A DNA stretch of 64,000 bases from contig NC_057726.1 in the NCBI RefSeq assembly GCF_004010195.1, positions 22,694,600-22,758,599 on the forward strand, in the 5' to 3' direction. Both the position numbers and the translations under genes were made by a program. A model generated the notes under the pieces. That model saw nothing but the letters and a program-made list of their open reading frames with translations, did no database searches and had not been told where the DNA came from. This document shows positions 12,186-25,189 of this stretch, piece after piece (the stretch's first letter is position 1; every line of letters starts with the position of its first letter). This DNA comes from Chiloscyllium plagiosum. Its lineage: Eukaryota.

Positions 12186-14576
12186 TATGGAGACTTTATT
12201 AAATCCCACCAAAATGATGATGTAATTTAGTCTTATGAGGGGAATCAGGAGTCTAGTTTGAGAACCCAATAGGGTCAATCATGTCATCCCTGACTCTTGA
12301 TGATCTTGGAAATTTTATCTAACTAACCAATATATTGTACCAATTGCCATCATGCAATAAACTTCATCTTGTTGCTCTGACCGCTTCTGGTCAAGTCACA
12401 CTGGTTCATGCTCTCCAATTGTTAACCAAGCAGGATCTTAGAACAGGGCTTCCAAAAGTGGGGTTCAGGAGCATGGCTGGCATCATGAGCTGAAAGTGTT
12501 GGGTGGCCAACTTTGAGGAAGCAATTACTGATTTCACCAACCCCCCCACCCCCACCACCACCACCCCCCAAAAAAAAACAACATTGTCTCATAGTTCCTT
12601 TCCACACACCCTGCCAAATTTCTCGTGTGCAGGACATCCAGTTTCAAAAGGCCAGGCTGGCTCCCAGAACCCAAACACATACAACATCAATGAACCCACT
12701 CAGAAGATGACCAAACTTTCTATACTGCTAATCTCACACACCATGTTTTTGGTATAAGGTAATTAGACTCTCTTAAAACCATTCGTCTAATATGTCCTGA
12801 AAAAAACAGGACTTCACAAGAGCTGAAATCAACACATTAGCTCGTGCCAATATATTACCATCATGAATCCTGAAAGATGTCTCCGTTAGCAAGTGGCTCT
12901 TCAAGGTATAACTTATGTGAGACTGTCCTTTAGCATACAATGGATCACCAATTCTGTGCATTGGCAGAATTAAACCAGGGCCAATATACAAATTCATTGC
13001 AGCTTCCAGAACCTTTTTTTTTAACCAAGCAGATGACAGCTGTCCAGCAGTAACTGGACTACAAATATGCACAGATCTTGGTTTAGTCACAATTTACAAC
13101 AGTCAACTATGTGGTATTACAGACCACGCATGACTCAAGTGAACTCATTGAAGTTGAAATGAAAATAGAAATTACTGATGAAATGCAGGAAGACTCTGAT
13201 GACTCGCAACATTAACTCTGCTTTCTACCCACAGATGCTGAGAGATCTGTTGAGTTTCATCAGCAATTTTTGCTTTTGTTTCAGATCTCTGCATTTCTTC
13301 ATTCTATTTTAGTTGAAATTGATGATGTTTTTAAGGCAGATCTGTCACTCTTTGGCCAGAGCTAATGTAAACAGTTGTAAACAACAACAACCAAAGATGA
13401 GCAACTGCGAAAGTTTCAGAAGACCATTATCTGGAGGTGGCCTGACAGTATTGAGGAAGTTCCTGAGAATATTTATTCATTTTAGTCATACAGAGGCAAA
13501 GCTTAGTAGATCGCTGCAAGTTATTTTCAAAAGCAAAAGCGTCCCAATATTGAAAGTATTCTACCAGAATATTAGGACTCATTTTGCTCTTGAAAATTAC
13601 TTGCGGTGATCTACTAAGTTTGCTTCTGTACAGCTAGTGGATGTGGTAAACCTCACAATCTTTTAAAAGTAATTGGGTGAGCACTTGAAATGTCATAACA
13701 TTCAAAGCTATAGGCCGAATCTGGAAAGTGGGACTATGTAGATAGGTCAGTGCAGACTCAGTATGCTGAAGGACCTCTTCTGTGCTGCATGACTCTATGA
13801 TTCTACTTCCACTGCAATACTCAATGATATAAAGAGTCTTTAAAATATAATTGCACATTGAATTTGAATAATTCTATAAAACAAAACATGGCTTGATGTT
13901 ATAGTATTATGTGAATTATTCCATCTAATCCTGTAATGTATTCAAGTATGAAATTCCCACTTTGCTTGAGGCAACAGAAGGAAAGATTTGAAGGCAAGTA
14001 TCATTGGACAACATTGATGCCACATTCTGCACAAAATGCAAAAGGAGTATAGGAATTCTCTTGTGCTTTGTGGCTGTGTGGTGTATGTTCAGTACTGTTA
14101 TTGAGTGACTTGTAGCATCTGGGGTAGAAACTGCCACCATAACCTTTATCATCAAACATTACTAATGGACAATAACAGTTCAAGGAGGCAGTTCATATTA
14201 TCTTCTCAAGGACAAATAGGAATGGTCAATAAATGTTGGGCCAGTCTGCGTTGACAACATCCAATGAATGTTATTTTAATTCTGTGATGCAACTTTGAAA
14301 GCAAGAATTCAAGGAATAACGGATCTAACTCTCAGAAATAAATGTGCTTTGATTGTGATACTAATGAAATGATATAGATGTGTTCAAAATAGTTTAATGA
14401 AAAGAAACTGGGATATTTGAGGTCATAAAGCATTGAGTTATGAGAGAGTCAGAGATGTTAGTACATGTTGTTTAAACAAAAGGCCAAAAATAGAGTAATA
14501 GAGTCATAGAGGTCTGCGGCACAGAAAAAAACTTTCAACCATCAAGTCTGTGCCAGTCAAAAAAACTATTTAACTA

Positions 14577-14898
14577 TAGGATAAATAGACAAAGTCTTTT
14601 CTCTGGGGTGGGGGAATCCAGAACTAAGATGAGAGGGGAAAGATATAAAAGAGACCTAAGGGGCAATTCTTCCACTCAGAGGGTGGTACATCTATGGAAT
14701 AAGTTGCCAGAGGAAGTGGTGGAGGCTAGTACAATTGTAACATTTAAAAGGCATCTGGATGGGTATATGAATGGGAAAGGTTTGGAGGGATATGGGTCAG
14801 GTGCTGGCAGGTGGGACTAGATTGGATTGGGATGTCTGGTTGGCCTGGACGAGTTGGACTGAAGGGTCTGTTTCCATGCTGTACATCTCTATGACTCT
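14577..14898 (+). mobile_element. CR1/HER1 3' end nested in an older minus-strand CR1 3' fragment (~14495-15345)
   Basis: Same 3' UTR as 290-620; minus-strand CR1 tail sequence continues on both sides. Confidence 0.8.
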
Positions 14899-16505
14899 AG
14901 GATTCAATTCTGATCCTATTTTCCAGTCCTTGGGCCATAGCCCTATATGCCTTTTTATCTCAAGTGCACTTCGACATATCAAAATGTTTTGAGGATTTCT
15001 GCCTGTAGCATCCTTGCAGGCAGAAAGTTCCAGATGCCAATTACCCTGAGTAAATCCATGTCTCAGGTCATTGATCTCTCCACTAAGGAGACAAGTTCCT
15101 TCCTATCTACCCCATCAATGCCCCTTATAATTTGATACATCTTAATCATGTCCCTTCCTCAGTCTCCTCTTCTCCAAAGAAAACAACCCTAGTCTATTAA
15201 TTCTCTCTTCCTAAGAAAAACTCTCCTGCCCAGGCAATATCCTGGAAGTCCCTTTTGTACTGTCTCCAGTGCTATTCCTCCTATTATGTGGATTTCAGAA
15301 CTGCACACAATACTCTAACTGTGGCCTAACTAACATTATATAAAGACCTGGAGTAGTCTTTTTCAAAATCCAACTCAAAATACCATTCATGGTATTAATC
15401 AATCGTTGCATTAGGAACAGCTTCCTCACATCAGTTTGTCTTTCTTGTCTGTTTTTTTGTTCTGTCGCCAAGGTTTAACTTGAAATAGTTTTCCAGATGG
15501 ACTGTTTATTCCAATTTCTGTATTCTGTAAAATGCTTCTCTTATTAGTATTTTTTCATCTCGTTACAAAAGCTTACCTTTCCCTGCTTGATTATTAAATC
15601 CTGCAACAGATGCAATCCAGTTTAACAGTGCACTGAGAGAATTCCACAATGCTCAACCAGAGTCAATATGGTTATACAAAATGGAAATCCTATTTGATCA
15701 ATTTTACAAGCAATTTTTTTCTTAATGTGAGGAGGGAGGCTCAGCGGATCCTCAACTGCGACAAAAAATTAATGTGCAAGATAAGGACTTGAAGTAGATG
15801 TACTAATATGGTTGGGGGATTGATTAATGGACAGGAAGCACAAAGATATTCAGGGAATTTTAAAATTTGCCGACTATGACTATCAGAGTGTCACAAGGAG
15901 TAGTGTTAGGCCTCAGCTATTTACAATTTATAATAATAATTTAAAGAGAGAAACACCTTGTCAAAGTTTGCAGATGAAATACCAATTGAGAATGTAAGCT
16001 GTGAGGAGGACATCAAAGGCTATGAAGGAGATATAAACAGATTAAATGAGTGGGTGACTTGATATGATCAAATCTAATCACCCAACTCAGTACTGAGTTC
16101 CTGCTTTCTCCCCATACCCTTTGATCCCTTTAACCCTAAGGACTATATGAATCTCATTTTTGAACATATTCAATGTCTTAGTCTTAATCACTTTCTGTGG
16201 CAGAGAATTCCACAGGTTCATCACTCTCTCTGGATGAAGACATTTCTCCTCATCTCTGTCCTAAATAGCCTATCCCATAACCTTCGTTATCTAACCTGTT
16301 GTGGACTCACTGATCATCAAGAATGTCTTTGTTGAATACGTTGGACCTTTCTTTACTCATCGTGTTTAGATAAATGAGAGGTGACCTTATTAAATATATA
16401 TAATCCTGAGAAGACTTGATAGGGTAGATACTGGGAAGATTTATCCTCTTCTGGTGGAAATTAGAACTATGGGATCAAGTTTAAAAATAAGATGTTCACT
16501 TTTTA

Positions 16506-18060
16506 AGAACAAAGAACAAAGAAAATTTACAGCCCAGGAACAGGCCCTTCGGCCGTCCAAGCCTGAACTGATCCAAATGTACAAGACATTGGCTCGGCCA
16601 CATTTAGACCTGTCTAAACCTGTCGGTCAATTCCTAAGCATCTGTATCCCTCTGCTCCCCACCTACTCATGCATCTGTCCAGATCCATCTTAAATGAATC
16701 TACCGTGCCTGCCTCTACCAGCTCTTCTGGCAATGCATTCCACACACCCACCACCAAGTGAAGTACTTGCCGTGTGTATCCCCCTTTAAACCTTCCACTA
16801 TTCACCTTGAAAGTGTGACCTCTCGTTATTGAATCCTTCACCCTGGGAAAAAGCTTGTCTCTATCCACCCTTCATGATCTTATAAACCTTAATCAGGTCC
16901 TCCCTCAATCTCCTTATTTCTAATGAAAATTAACATAATCTACTCAACCTCTCTTCATAGATAGCACCTTCCATACCAGGCAACATCCTTGTAAACCTTC
17001 TAAATGTAGCCGAGCCAATGTCTTGTACAATTTTAACATGATTTGCCAGCTCTTATACTCAATATCCCATCCAATGAAGGCAAGCATACTATATGCCTTC
17101 TTGACCACTCTATCCACCTGTGCAGCAACCTTCAGGGTACAATAGACTTGAACTCCCAGATCTCTCTGCCCATCAACCTTTCCTAAGGCTCTTTTTTGTC
17201 ATTGTATAATTCGCTCTAGAATTAGTCTTGCCTAATTGCATCACCTCACATTTGTCTGGATTGAAATCCATCTGCCACTTTTCCACCCAACTCTCCAGTC
17301 TATCTATATCCTTCTGTATTCTTTGACAGTCCCTTACGCTTTTTGCTACTCTACCAATCTTTGTGTCATTTGCAAACTTGCTGATCATACCAACAGTGCC
17401 CTCTTCCAGATCATTTATGTATATTACAAACAACAGTGGCCCCAACACTGACCCCTGTGGAACACCACTGACCACCCTTCTCCATTTTGAGAAACTCCCT
17501 TTAACTACTACTCTCTGTCTCCTGTTGCTCAACCAATTCTTTATCCACCTAGCTAGAACACCCAGCACACCACGTGATTTCACTTTCTCCATTAGTCTGC
17601 AATGGGGAACCTTATCAAATGCCTTACTAAAGTCCATGTATATGACATCAACAGCTCTTCCTTCATCTATCAGCTTGGTCACTTCCTCGAAGAACTCTAT
17701 TAAGTTGGTAAGGCACGATCTTCCCCGCACAAAACAATGTTGCCTATCACTGACATACCCATTCTTTTCTAAATATAAGTAGATCCTATCCCTCAGTCCT
17801 CCCTCCAGCAACTTTCCCACCACCGGCGTCAGCTCACTGGTCTGCAGTTACCTGGAATATCCCTACTACTCTTCTTGTACAGGAGGACAACATGAGCAAC
17901 CTTCCAGTCCTCCAGCACCTCACCTGTGTTTAAGGATGCCACAAAGACATCTGTCAAGGCCCCAGCTATTTCCTTTCTCGCCTCCCTCAGCAACCTGGGA
18001 TAGATCCCATCTGGTCCTGGGGATCTTTCCACCTTAATAACCTCTAACCTACCCAAGGCA
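16506..18060 (-). mobile_element. CR1 LINE 3' part with decayed reverse transcriptase
   Basis: ORFs 17173-17823 and 17829-18068: SPGPDGIYP, RGRSCLTNL, YMDFSKAFDKVPH, GVPQGSVLGPLLFVIYINDL, KFANDTK (catalytic DD altered). Confidence 0.92.
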
Positions 18061-18343
18061 GAGGACATACCTGTGCAATTTTTCCTAGAGCAGTAGAGGC
18101 TAAACCATTTAATTTATTCTAGGCTCAGTTAGATGGATTGTTGACAGTCAAGAGAGTGAAGGGTGATGTGAGGCACTACAGACATAAAAAGTGGACTTGA
18201 GGCCATGATCCGATCAGCTGTGAATGGCAGAGCAAGCTTTAAGTGCTTGATTTCTGTTTCTAATTCCACTATTAAACATTGAAAGTTTGACAGAGAATAC
18301 AGGGACAAGGAAAGCTTGCTGCAGTTGTATAGAGCTTTGGTGA

Positions 18344-18637
18344 TCAAAGTTTGTGAGAAGATTTGTAGCTCGGGTGCTCGTTGCTGTGGTTCTGTTCGCC
18401 GAGCTGGAAGTTTTTGTTGCAAACGTTTCGTCCCCTGTCTAGGTGACATCCTCAGGTGACACTACAGTGGACAGCTGAAACTGACAACCGGAAGCGGCAG
18501 GGACAGGCCACTATAAATGCCGGAGGAAACACCACAGAAGCGCTTCACAGGAGGCTCCCAAGCACTGAGGATGTCACCTAGACAGGGGACGAAACGTTTG
18601 CAACAAAAACTTCCAGCTCGACGAACAGAACCACAGC
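18344..18637. mobile_element. Fold-back Penelope-type pLTR insertion with hammerhead motif, inserted into a CR1
   Basis: 74-nt inverted arms 18382-18455/18565-18638 (1 mismatch); TSD agctttggtga at 18333-18343/18638-18648. Confidence 0.85.
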
Positions 18638-19894
18638 AGCTTTGGTGAGGTTACATTGTGAAATACAATGCACAGGTTTCCATACCTAAGGAAGATATTT
18701 ATGCCTCAGCGATGATATAGCGAAGGTTCACTAGATTGGTCCCTAGGATGAAATCTAAATGTATTGGGCTGATACTCCATGGAGTTTGAAAGAATGAGAG
18801 GTGAACCCATTTAAACATGAAAGGTTCTAAAGGCACTTGACATGGTGGACACTGACGACAGATTGTATCCTTTTCCTGGAGAATCTAGAACTGGGAGCAC
18901 AGTTGCAGAGTAAGAGATTGACCACTGAGGAATGAAATGAGGACAAGTTGTTCACTCGGAGGATTGAGAATCTTTGGAATTCTCTCTACCAGAGAGTTAT
19001 AGATGCTCTATTGTTCAAGGCTCAGAAGGATGGATTTTTGATCTCTTGGTGAATCAAGAGTTATGGGGAGCAGGGAGGTAAGAGGAGTTGAAGCCCAAGA
19101 TCAGCCATGATGATACTGAATCATGGATTAGTCCCAGCAGGCTGTACTGTCTCTTCATGTTGCCATTTCTGCTGGGCCTGCAATTTCATCATTGCATTTC
19201 TGAGCCTTGGTCCCCAACTCCAAATTCCTTCAAATGGCATGTTTTAAACTGGAGTCAGTGTTAATTGCTTGAGAGACACAAAAACAGTATCTGAATGCAG
19301 TTCTATGGAAAGCTCTTCACTCCCAGCAAATGGCAATTTTAACATTCAGCTCTGGGTAAGGACTGTTCAATTTTATTGGTTCAGGAGGCACACAAGTGAT
19401 TGCCCTATTCACAATCGTTTGAGTGAACATTTCTAATGATTACCCTCTTAACTGGCTCAAACAGATTCCAAACTCTCCCTGAGAGGACATCACAAACTAT
19501 CAGACTCAGATTATCTGTGATGATCTGATTAAAATCCCATGGAAATCCTGAAAGCAGCTGGAAGGGCTGTGAAGTAAGTGCCACTTGCTCATCATCAGCC
19601 GTAGAATCTGGATTATTACGTTGAACATCAAAGATTGTGTATTTTATTGAATATACATATATATTTCTGATTTGCCAATGTCCTCATATTGTTTCATTAA
19701 GACAGTGTGTAAAAACAATAAATAATGAAATCCAGTGGTAGGTGAAATCTGCCACATCCTGCTCTGTGATCTCTGAATTTGAAAGTATGTGTAATGCTGT
19801 GCCTAATAACTTGTGCTGTATTCCTGTCCATATAATTCTCACATGATGTTGTACATTTATGAGAGTATTGAATTTGAAGCAGCACAGACCAGAT

Positions 19895-20025
19895 AGTTCT
19901 GACGAAGGGTTTCGGTCCGAAACATTGACTTTCCTGCTCCTCGGATGCTGTCTGACCTGCTGTGCACTTCCAGCTTCACATTTATTGACTCTGGCTTCCA
20001 GCATCTGCAGCCTTTATTGTCTCCC
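19895..20025 (+). mobile_element. Single-arm PLE pLTR fragment with hammerhead-like core
   Basis: ctgacgaagggtttcggtccgaaacattg followed by the ggatgctg.ctgacctgctgtgc...ccagcatctgcag tail shared with 35397-35527. Confidence 0.75.
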
Positions 20026-21142
20026 AGATACTTCCAACTTTGCTCCTTGATTGGATTGTTAAATCTCTGATGAGGTTACAGTAGGAGCATGCCAAGAGTT
20101 TCGGTGCCCTTTGGAATATAAACAGACGAGCTCAGGTGATTATTTCTGATTGTTGGTTCAGAAATCATCCAGAATCAATTATTCAATTCTTTTACTTCAG
20201 GAGAATAATCCACTCACCTTGTAAAAATGCAATCAGCAAAGAATTGGCACCAAATGGAAGAATGGGATAAGAACCATGAAGAATTGGTCAAATGAATAAC
20301 ATCTTCATGACACTCTGATAAGGGAGAAGTGTTGGATAGCTGGAAGCATGATCTTCCAGAGTTGAAGTGGCTATGAGATGCACAAGCATAATTGATTATG
20401 TGCATATGGGAAACATGTGAACTTAGTGATACCTTGTGATTTAAGGGCCTTTTGCAAAAACTCACACATAACGAGTGAACACTTGGATAACTGAGCAAAA
20501 ATGCTCCCAATATCGGGAGTTCTGTAACCACCAACTGGTAACAGTGTCAGGAGCTAAAGCGAAAACATTAAAACAAAACAGAATGAAGAGAAAAACAGCA
20601 GATTGTAATATTGTATTATAGAAATTCAGTTTTTGGCCTCTTGTAAGCGCACATGATCAGGCGTTATTTAGCACTTCTGTAAGGCATGGTAAGAGAAGAG
20701 ATGCCACAGAAGCCTTTATAGAATCAGACTTCATTTCCATGTGATCTGACGTCACTATGACAGAGTTCCTTCTGTATATGCTCAGTATCTATCGCTCAAT
20801 GAAACCACACTAGTGAATAATTCTTATCAGTTACAGATAAATTGGGGTGGAATTCTTTAATGCGCTCTCTAATAAATGCCTCTTTGTGAACTACATATTG
20901 TGAATTTGTATACATTTTTGTTCTACCTTGGCACTGTAAGATTGAACAAAAAATCCCCATCATCTAAAATACTGGACAAGACCCTGCACTTTTCTAACAT
21001 TTAAAATACTGGACAAAATCCTGGGCTCAGGCTGTGCAAACGCCACAAAACCAAAATGATTTCAGTCTGGGGCTATTGTTCAGCTTGGAAGTTTAATTTA
21101 TACCTCTACTCTAACAATCAACCAAATCTAACACTGTAGATT

Positions 21143-21336
21143 GATGTAGAGGTGCCAGTGTTGGACTGGGGTGGACAAAGTTAAAAATCACACAATACCA
21201 GGTTACAGTCCAACAGGTTTATTTGGAAGTACAAGCTTTCGGAGCACTGCTACCTGACAAAGGAGCAGCGGTCCAAAAGCTTGTACTTCTAAATTAACTT
21301 ATTGGACTACAACCTGGCGTTGTGTGATTTTCAACT
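21143..21336. mobile_element. Older fold-back PLE-derived element (same family as 51560-51795)
   Basis: Degenerate inverted arms aaaatcacaca..ggtt.cagtccaacaggttt / ttggactacaacctgg.gttgtgtgatttt. Confidence 0.75.
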
Positions 21337-21906
21337 CTACACTGAAACTAAATTTTACACCTTGGGCTACCCAGCACAGACAGTATAGGGTCTACACAGA
21401 TGCTGAACATTCAACTTCAATCAAACCCCATTCACAGAGATATAGGACATTTGATGTCAATCAAATACATTCACACATACTCTTAACTATCAGGAAGCCA
21501 ATTGACTTCAAAGGGAACACCAGAAATCCCATGGCAAGCACAGATTTGGTGCGAAGAGGCCACAATCAGTATAATTGCAGGCTCCAATCTCACCTGAATG
21601 AGCTATTCCCCCTAGCAGTAATCCCAAACAGAAGAATTCCAACACCTCTTTCCAAGAGTTATCTCAAGAAGGGGGATCCTGAAAGCAATTCCAAAAACTA
21701 CTGACACAGGCCTGTTCCAAACCAGGGGAACCAATGGCAACCAGCCATGACCAGCAGACCTAAGAACCGAAAGCCTCTGGAAACCATCAACCTGACTGAC
21801 ACCACAAGGCCTCAGACACATCCTGAGGTGAAAACTGGGCCCACAAAACTGCCAGAAAATAATGAAAGCGAAGCAATCACCAAATAATTCCCTTACACAA
21901 ACTACT

Positions 21907-22216
21907 GGGGTGGCACGGTGGCTCAGTGGTTAGCACTGCTGCCTCACAGCTCCAGGGACCCGGGTTCAATTCCCGCCTCTGGCAACTGTCTGTGTGGAGT
22001 TTGCACATTCTCCCTGTGTCTGTGTGGGTTTCCTCCCATAGTCCAAAGATGCACAAGTTAGATGAATTGGCCATGCCAAATTGCCCACATTGCTAGGTGC
22101 ATTAGTCAGCGGTGAATGCAGGGGAATGGATCTGGGTGGATTGCTCTTCGGAGGGTCGGTGTGGACTTGTTGGGCCGAAGGGCCTGTTTCCATACTGTCG
22201 GGAATCTAATCTAATC
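21907..22216 (+). mobile_element. HE1-type SINE
   Basis: Full tRNA-like head with A/B boxes (tggctcagtgg, ggttcaattccc); aatctaatctaatct tail. Confidence 0.92.
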
Positions 22217-23641
22217 TACTGTGTCCATGGACTTAACCTAGGCACTGGGTATGGCAAATGGGAACAGTCAGCTGTACTTCAAAATTGCTCTTTCCCCAGT
22301 GGTGAGTTTAAACTCTCAAGACCCAAGTTTCCAACCTAGCTAGCAGGAAGGGGGAGGCAGGTGGTGACAGTGTCTCCAAGGGGACCCCAAGGATAGGAAG
22401 CTTGATTAAAGTTTCTGTGATTAAAACTGCTGTTTGGCTTCTAATAGTGTTTAATCTGTGTTTAATTTAATAGTGTGTTTCATTACTGTCCTCTTTTTAT
22501 AATTGATAATGTTCATTTCACTGTTTGTTGCACTTAACGTTTACTTCTTGCATTATAATTACCTTTTTTATTTAAATAAATGCAGAGATTCTTTTGCCCT
22601 ATAGCATCTGTCTACTGCCTTCCTCATTTCACATTCCCTAAAATAAGTCCAGTGTCGAGTACCAGGGATGTGAAGGTGATTTGAACGACTTAAAATTACT
22701 GAGTACAAACCAGAACCATACAGCAGTGACTTAATTGTTGAATAACCATGACATGTGCTGGAGTAATACAGGCTTTAGTACTTCTGCTAAGAACAGAGGC
22801 AAAATAAAATTGAAGAAACTTCATTCATATGGTCAATTCTATTAATACTAGAGCAAAAGTCTCGGGATCCTGTGAGCACAAAACAAAAATAATGCAGAAT
22901 ATTTCTGGTGTATTAGAATGTATGATGGTGGATAAATCTCCTGCTCCTGACCAAATATATCCAAGAATACTGCAAGAGGCTACAGAAGAAATTGCTGGGG
23001 CCTTAGCTGATATTTTTGCATCAATGTTAGCCATGGGTGAGGCTCTGCAAGACTGGTGGGTAGTGAATGTTGTGCCATTACTCAAGAAGGGCTGCAAAGA
23101 AAAGCCTGGGAATTATAGAGCAGTAAACTTAACACTTGTGGTGGGTAAGTTATTTGAGAAGATTCTGAGGGATAAGATATACATGTACTTGGAAAGACCG
23201 GGTTTGATTTGGAGCAGTCAGCAGGGCTTTGGGCATGGGAGATCATGTCTCACCAATTTATTAGAGCTCTTTGAAGTGACCAGAAAGGTTAACGATAGCA
23301 GGGCAGTAGACATAGTCGATATGGATTTCAGTAAGGCCTTTGAGAAGGTTCCACTTTGTAGGCTGCTCTGGAAGATTAAATCACATGGAATCCAGGGTGT
23401 GTGGAAAATTGTATACAAAATTGGCTTGATGGTAGGAAGCTGAGGGTAACAGATCTTATCAGACTGGAGGCCATGAGTAGTGGAGTGCCTCAGGGGCCGG
23501 TGCTGGGCCCATTACTGTTTGTTATCTATATCAATGATTTGGATGAGATTGTACAAGGCGTGATTAGTAAGTTTGCTGATGACACTAAAATAGGCGGTAT
23601 CGTGGAGAGTGAGAAAGGTTCTCAAAACTTGCAGCAGGACC

Positions 23642-24387
23642 TAAACAGTGAGAAAATTCATAAAGCCAAAGTCCAAAGGGATCTGGGAACACTAGTCCAG
23701 AATTCTCTAAAGGTTAGTTTGCAGGTTGAGTCCGTGATTAAGAATGCAAATGTAATGTTGTCATTTATCTCAAGAGTTGGAATATAAAAGCAGCGATGTG
23801 CTTTTGAGACTTCATAAAGCTCTAGTTAGGCCCCATTTAGAATACTGTGTCCAAATTTGGGCCCAACACTTCAGGAAGGTCATACTGGCATTGAGCATGT
23901 CCAGCAGAGATTCACATGGATGATCCCTGGAACGGTAGGCCTAACAAACGGTGAATGGCTAAACATTCTGGGATTGTATTCATTAGAGTTTAGAATGTTG
24001 AGGGGAGATCTAATAGAAACTTACAAGATAATGCCTGGCTTAGAAAGGGTGGATGCTGGGAAGTTGTTTCCATTAGGCAGGGAGACTAGGACCCGTGGGC
24101 ACAGCCTTAGAATTGGAGGGTGTCAATTTAGAATGCAAATGAGGAGACATTTCTTCTGTCAGAGTGGTGGGCCTGTGGAATGCATTGCCATGGAGTGCAG
24201 TGGAGGTCTGGACTTTCAATGTCTTCAAGGCAGAGATTGATAATTCCTTGTGAGATCAAGAATTTAAGGGCTACGGGGAGAGTGCAGGTAAGTGGAGTTG
24301 AAATGCCCATCAGCCATAATTAAATGGCATTCTGGGCTCGAAGGGCTGAATGGCCTTACTTCCATCCCTATGTCTTATGATTTTATG
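23642..24387 (+). mobile_element. CR1 3' fragment of another subfamily nested in the host CR1
   Basis: Has its own 3' tail (ccctatgtcttatg); host RT sequence resumes afterwards. Confidence 0.75.
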
Positions 24388-24496
24388 GATCTTGATGAGC
24401 TGGGGAAGTGGGCTAAGAAATGGCAAATGGAATGTAATGTAGATAAATGTGAGGTCTTGCATTTAGGAAAATCAAATCAAGGTAGGCAGCATAAAT

Positions 24497-24810
24497 GGGG
24501 TGGCACGGTGGCCCAGTGCTTAGCACTGTTGCCTCACAGCACCAGGCACCCGGGTTCGATTCCTGACTCGGGCGACTGCCTGTGTGAAATTTGCAAATTC
24601 TTCCCGTGTGTGCGTGGGTTTCCTCTGGGTGCTCCGCTTTCCTCCCACAATCCAATGATGTGCAGGTTTAGTGAATTGGCTATGCTAAATTACCCATAGC
24701 GTTAGGTGCATTAGTCAGGGGGTAAATATATGGTGGGGGAATGGGTCAGGGTGGATTACTCTTCGGAGGGAGGGTGTGGACTTCTATTTCCACACTAAGG
24801 AATCTAATCA
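24497..24810 (+). mobile_element. HE1-type SINE nested in CR1
   Basis: ggggtggcacggtggcccagtg head ... aatctaatca tail. Confidence 0.85.
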
Positions 24811-25189
24811 TCAGTTTCATGGTGAATGGTAGGGCCTTAAGGAGAGTAGAGGAACAGAGGGATCTTGGAGTTCAGGTTCACATTTCTCAAAGTGGGGTCA
24901 CAGATAGAGCAGTGAAGGCAGCTTTTGGTACACTGGCCTTCATGAGTCAGGGCATTAAGTATAGAAGTTGGCAAGTTATGTTGCAGTTATACAGGATGTT
25001 GGTGAGGCCGCACTTATATTCAGTATTGTATTTAGTTTTGGTCACCTTGTTATAGGAAGGATGTTATTAAATTGCAAAGAGTGCAGAAGAAATTTGCAAG
25101 GATGTTGCCAGGACTCAAGGGTCTTATAGGGAGAGTTTGGACAGGCTAGTGCTTTTTTCTTTAGAGCATAGGAGACTGAGGGTCCCCTT

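Noticed and set aside
12540-12580. Poly-Gly/poly-Pro ORFs
   Set aside because: Low-complexity C-rich and A-rich run
17173-18068. Active reverse transcriptase gene
   Set aside because: 5'-truncated, frameshifted, and the catalytic FADD motif reads FAND
20747-20754. Palindromic CRE TGACGTCA (also ~42870)
   Set aside because: Isolated 8-mers are expected by chance; no promoter context
21907-21980. tRNA gene
   Set aside because: The A/B boxes are the head of an HE1 SINE and continue into the SINE body; the same holds for the other copies
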